Source: a virus
Lineage: Duplodnaviria > Caudoviricetes
Length of the DNA stretch: 29,059 nucleotides
Reading direction: 5' to 3' (one strand)
IMG/VR virus record: IMGVR_UViG_3300038312_000238
Coordinates: 1 to 29,059 of that record
Shown here: positions 27,701 through 29,059 of the stretch, piece after piece
How positions within the stretch are numbered: position 1 is the stretch's first letter
Layout: the number at the start of each line of letters is the position of its first letter
Made by a program: the position numbers and the translations under genes
The notes under the pieces: model-generated
Databases searched by the model: none
Seen by the model: the letters and a program-made list of their open reading frames with translations, nothing else
Told to the model about the DNA's origin: nothing

Positions 27701-28569
27701 TTTAAAGACTTTCCTTTTACGCAGGAGTAAACCGCCAAAACAAAAGACCCTTTTTCGTAAGTTGGCTTAGTGAAGTATTTTGCAATGTCGTACCCACCGT
27801 CCGCGCCGTTTAACAACATGGCAGAACAATAGTTCAATATTCCTATTCTAGTAGACTCATAATCGGTTACGCCTTTTATAAGCTCCGCGATTGTGGACCA
27901 ATTTTTTCTTTTGACGATGGCGTAAGCGATATTGCCGCCAGCGTCATCCTGTGACGACATAGCCGGTAATATTTCACCGGTTTTTATAAAGCCATCGACA
28001 ATCTTAATAAATTCTCTTGCTGAACCGGAGGACGCAGCGGCACACTTTCTCAGGTCTTCAGTATCAACATCAACGTCAGAGTTTTTAACGTACCACCTGA
28101 CGAGCTCCACTTCTGTAAGCGGGGCAAAGTCAAACCTCGAAAGTCTCGTAAGCATGGCTTTAGGTATCTTGTTTGGCTCGGACGTAATGAATATAAATTT
28201 TGTCGTTTCAGGCGCGTCCTCAACAGGCTTAAGAAGAACTTGCCACGCGGCTGTGGTGAGCTGGTGACATTCATCAAGTATATAAAATCTGTATTTTGAG
28301 CTAAACGGTGGTGACGTGTATGCTTTTTCAAGGTCGCGAGCCATTTCAACGCCGTTCTGTGACGAACAATTAAGTTCCCTCCAATCAAAATTTGATATGT
28401 TAAATGTGTTTTTGAGCACCCTTGCTGAAGTTGTTTTACCGCAACCGGTAAAACCGACAAAAAGCATACCGTTGGGAATGCTTTTTTCGACTGTTTTTTT
28501 CAGCGCCTTTACTGTACTTCCTGCCATGTCATCAAACGTTTGAGGACGTAGCGTAACATATAAATCCAT
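27697..28569 (-). CDS. dnaX: DNA polymerase III gamma/tau-like clamp-loader AAA+ ATPase
   Basis: LY..LRPQTFDDMAG, GFTGCGKTTSAR, ILDECHQLT..AWQVLLK.VED.P, TSEPNKIP and SGSARE. GAGGT SD before ATG28569. Confidence 0.85.
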   Translation of the reverse strand: MDLYVTLRPQTFDDMAGSTVKALKKTVEKSIPNGMLFVGFTGCGKTTSARVLKNTFNISNFDWRELNCSSQNGVEMARDLEKAYTSPPFSSKYRFYILDECHQLTTAAWQVLLKPVEDAPETTKFIFITSEPNKIPKAMLTRLSRFDFAPLTEVELVRWYVKNSDVDVDTEDLRKCAAASSGSAREFIKIVDGFIKTGEILPAMSSQDDAGGNIAYAIVKRKNWSTIAELIKGVTDYESTRIGILNYCSAMLLNGADGGYDIAKYFTKPTYEKGSFVLAVYSCVKGKSLN

Positions 28570-28584
28570 ATTATACCTCAAAGG

Positions 28585-28607
28585 GCGACCGGGGAAATCC
28601 CGGTCGC
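28585..28607 (-). terminator. Intergenic hairpin, likely a weak terminator or mRNA-stabilising stem
   Basis: GCGACCGGG-gaaat-CCCGGTCGC with only a short T tract on the minus strand. Confidence 0.6.
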
Positions 28608-28616
28608 GTTATATGA

Positions 28617-29059
28617 TTATTCAACTGATTCTGCACAAGCCTTTTTAACTTTGCATTTCGAACACTCCGGCTTCATAAAACTGTCTTCGCCGTAAACGTG
28701 ACCGAACGGACATTCACCGCTTGCCGGTTCAACTTCGGCGCTTTCAACTTCGGCGCTTTTCTTTTTTACGACCTTTTTAGTTTTTTCTTCGACTTCGGGT
28801 TGTTCGTCAACTTCGGTCTTTTTGTTGACTTCGGGCTTTTTGTTGACTTCTACGTCAACATCTTCGTCTTCATCATCTTCTACGTCAATGATTTTTTGAG
28901 CGGTTGATTTTTTGACCTGCACATCATCATCTTCATCGTCGTCCTCTTCAATCTTTCGTTTTCCGTTGAACCTATTACGATTCGGGACGTCGTCGTCATC
29001 GTCGTTACGACTTGCTTTGCGGCGCGGCTTGACGTCATCGTCGTCGTCGTCGTTACGAC
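28617..29059 (-). CDS. Partial gene: acidic low-complexity region plus C-terminal Cys cluster, possibly the tail of an ssDNA-binding protein
   Basis: Frame is open to the window edge (..RNDDDDDDVKPRRKASRNDDDDDVP..); ends CPFGHVYGEDSFMKPECSKCKVKKAC. Confidence 0.55.
   Translation of the reverse strand, partial: RNDDDDDDVKPRRKASRNDDDDDVPNRNRFNGKRKIEEDDDEDDDVQVKKSTAQKIIDVEDDEDEDVDVEVNKKPEVNKKTEVDEQPEVEEKTKKVVKKKSAEVESAEVEPASGECPFGHVYGEDSFMKPECSKCKVKKACAESVE

Noticed and set aside
252-28907. Numerous antisense and nested ORFs in the track
   Set aside because: They lie opposite or within well-supported genes and break the two-arm strand organisation.
1-29059. Stop-codon reassignment
   Set aside because: Genes are full length under the standard code and end in TAA, TGA and TAG, abutting or overlapping the next start.
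1-29059. tRNA, rRNA, integrase, transposase or reverse transcriptase genes
   Set aside because: None recognised; intergenic gaps are short and accounted for, so lifestyle cannot be determined from this window.

Overview
This window is a 29-kb piece of a tailed dsDNA phage or prophage with siphovirus-like gene order. Its structural genes resemble, by my recall of motifs, prophages of PVC-group bacteria. The plus strand (127-21587) carries a gpA-type terminase, lambda-type portal, prohead protease, Mu-gpT-like capsid, DUF2190 decoration protein, head-tail and tail genes, frameshifting tail chaperones and the tape measure. After an internal terminator and promoter come tail-tip and fibre genes and a lysis-like cassette with no visible endolysin. 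The minus strand (21663-29059) carries a replication and recombination block: HNH nuclease, adenine methyltransferase, YqaJ exonuclease, two paralogues, SNF2 helicase, primase, ATPase, DnaX-like clamp loader and a partial acidic protein. The two arms meet at a bidirectional terminator. Three signals stand out. (1) A TibC/AAH-family protein O-heptosyltransferase sits in the tail module beside a Ser/Thr-rich gene, and capsid and tail tube share a C-terminal PVAGT motif, suggesting a phage-encoded virion glycosylation system. (2) Two LRR-like repeats in a receptor-binding gene have 12 core mismatches that all involve adenine and resolve to an Asn-codon template, a DGR-like signature with no RT in the window. 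(3) A candidate CCC-TGA +1 frameshift lies at the end of a tail gene. All family calls come from motif recognition by eye; no searches were run.
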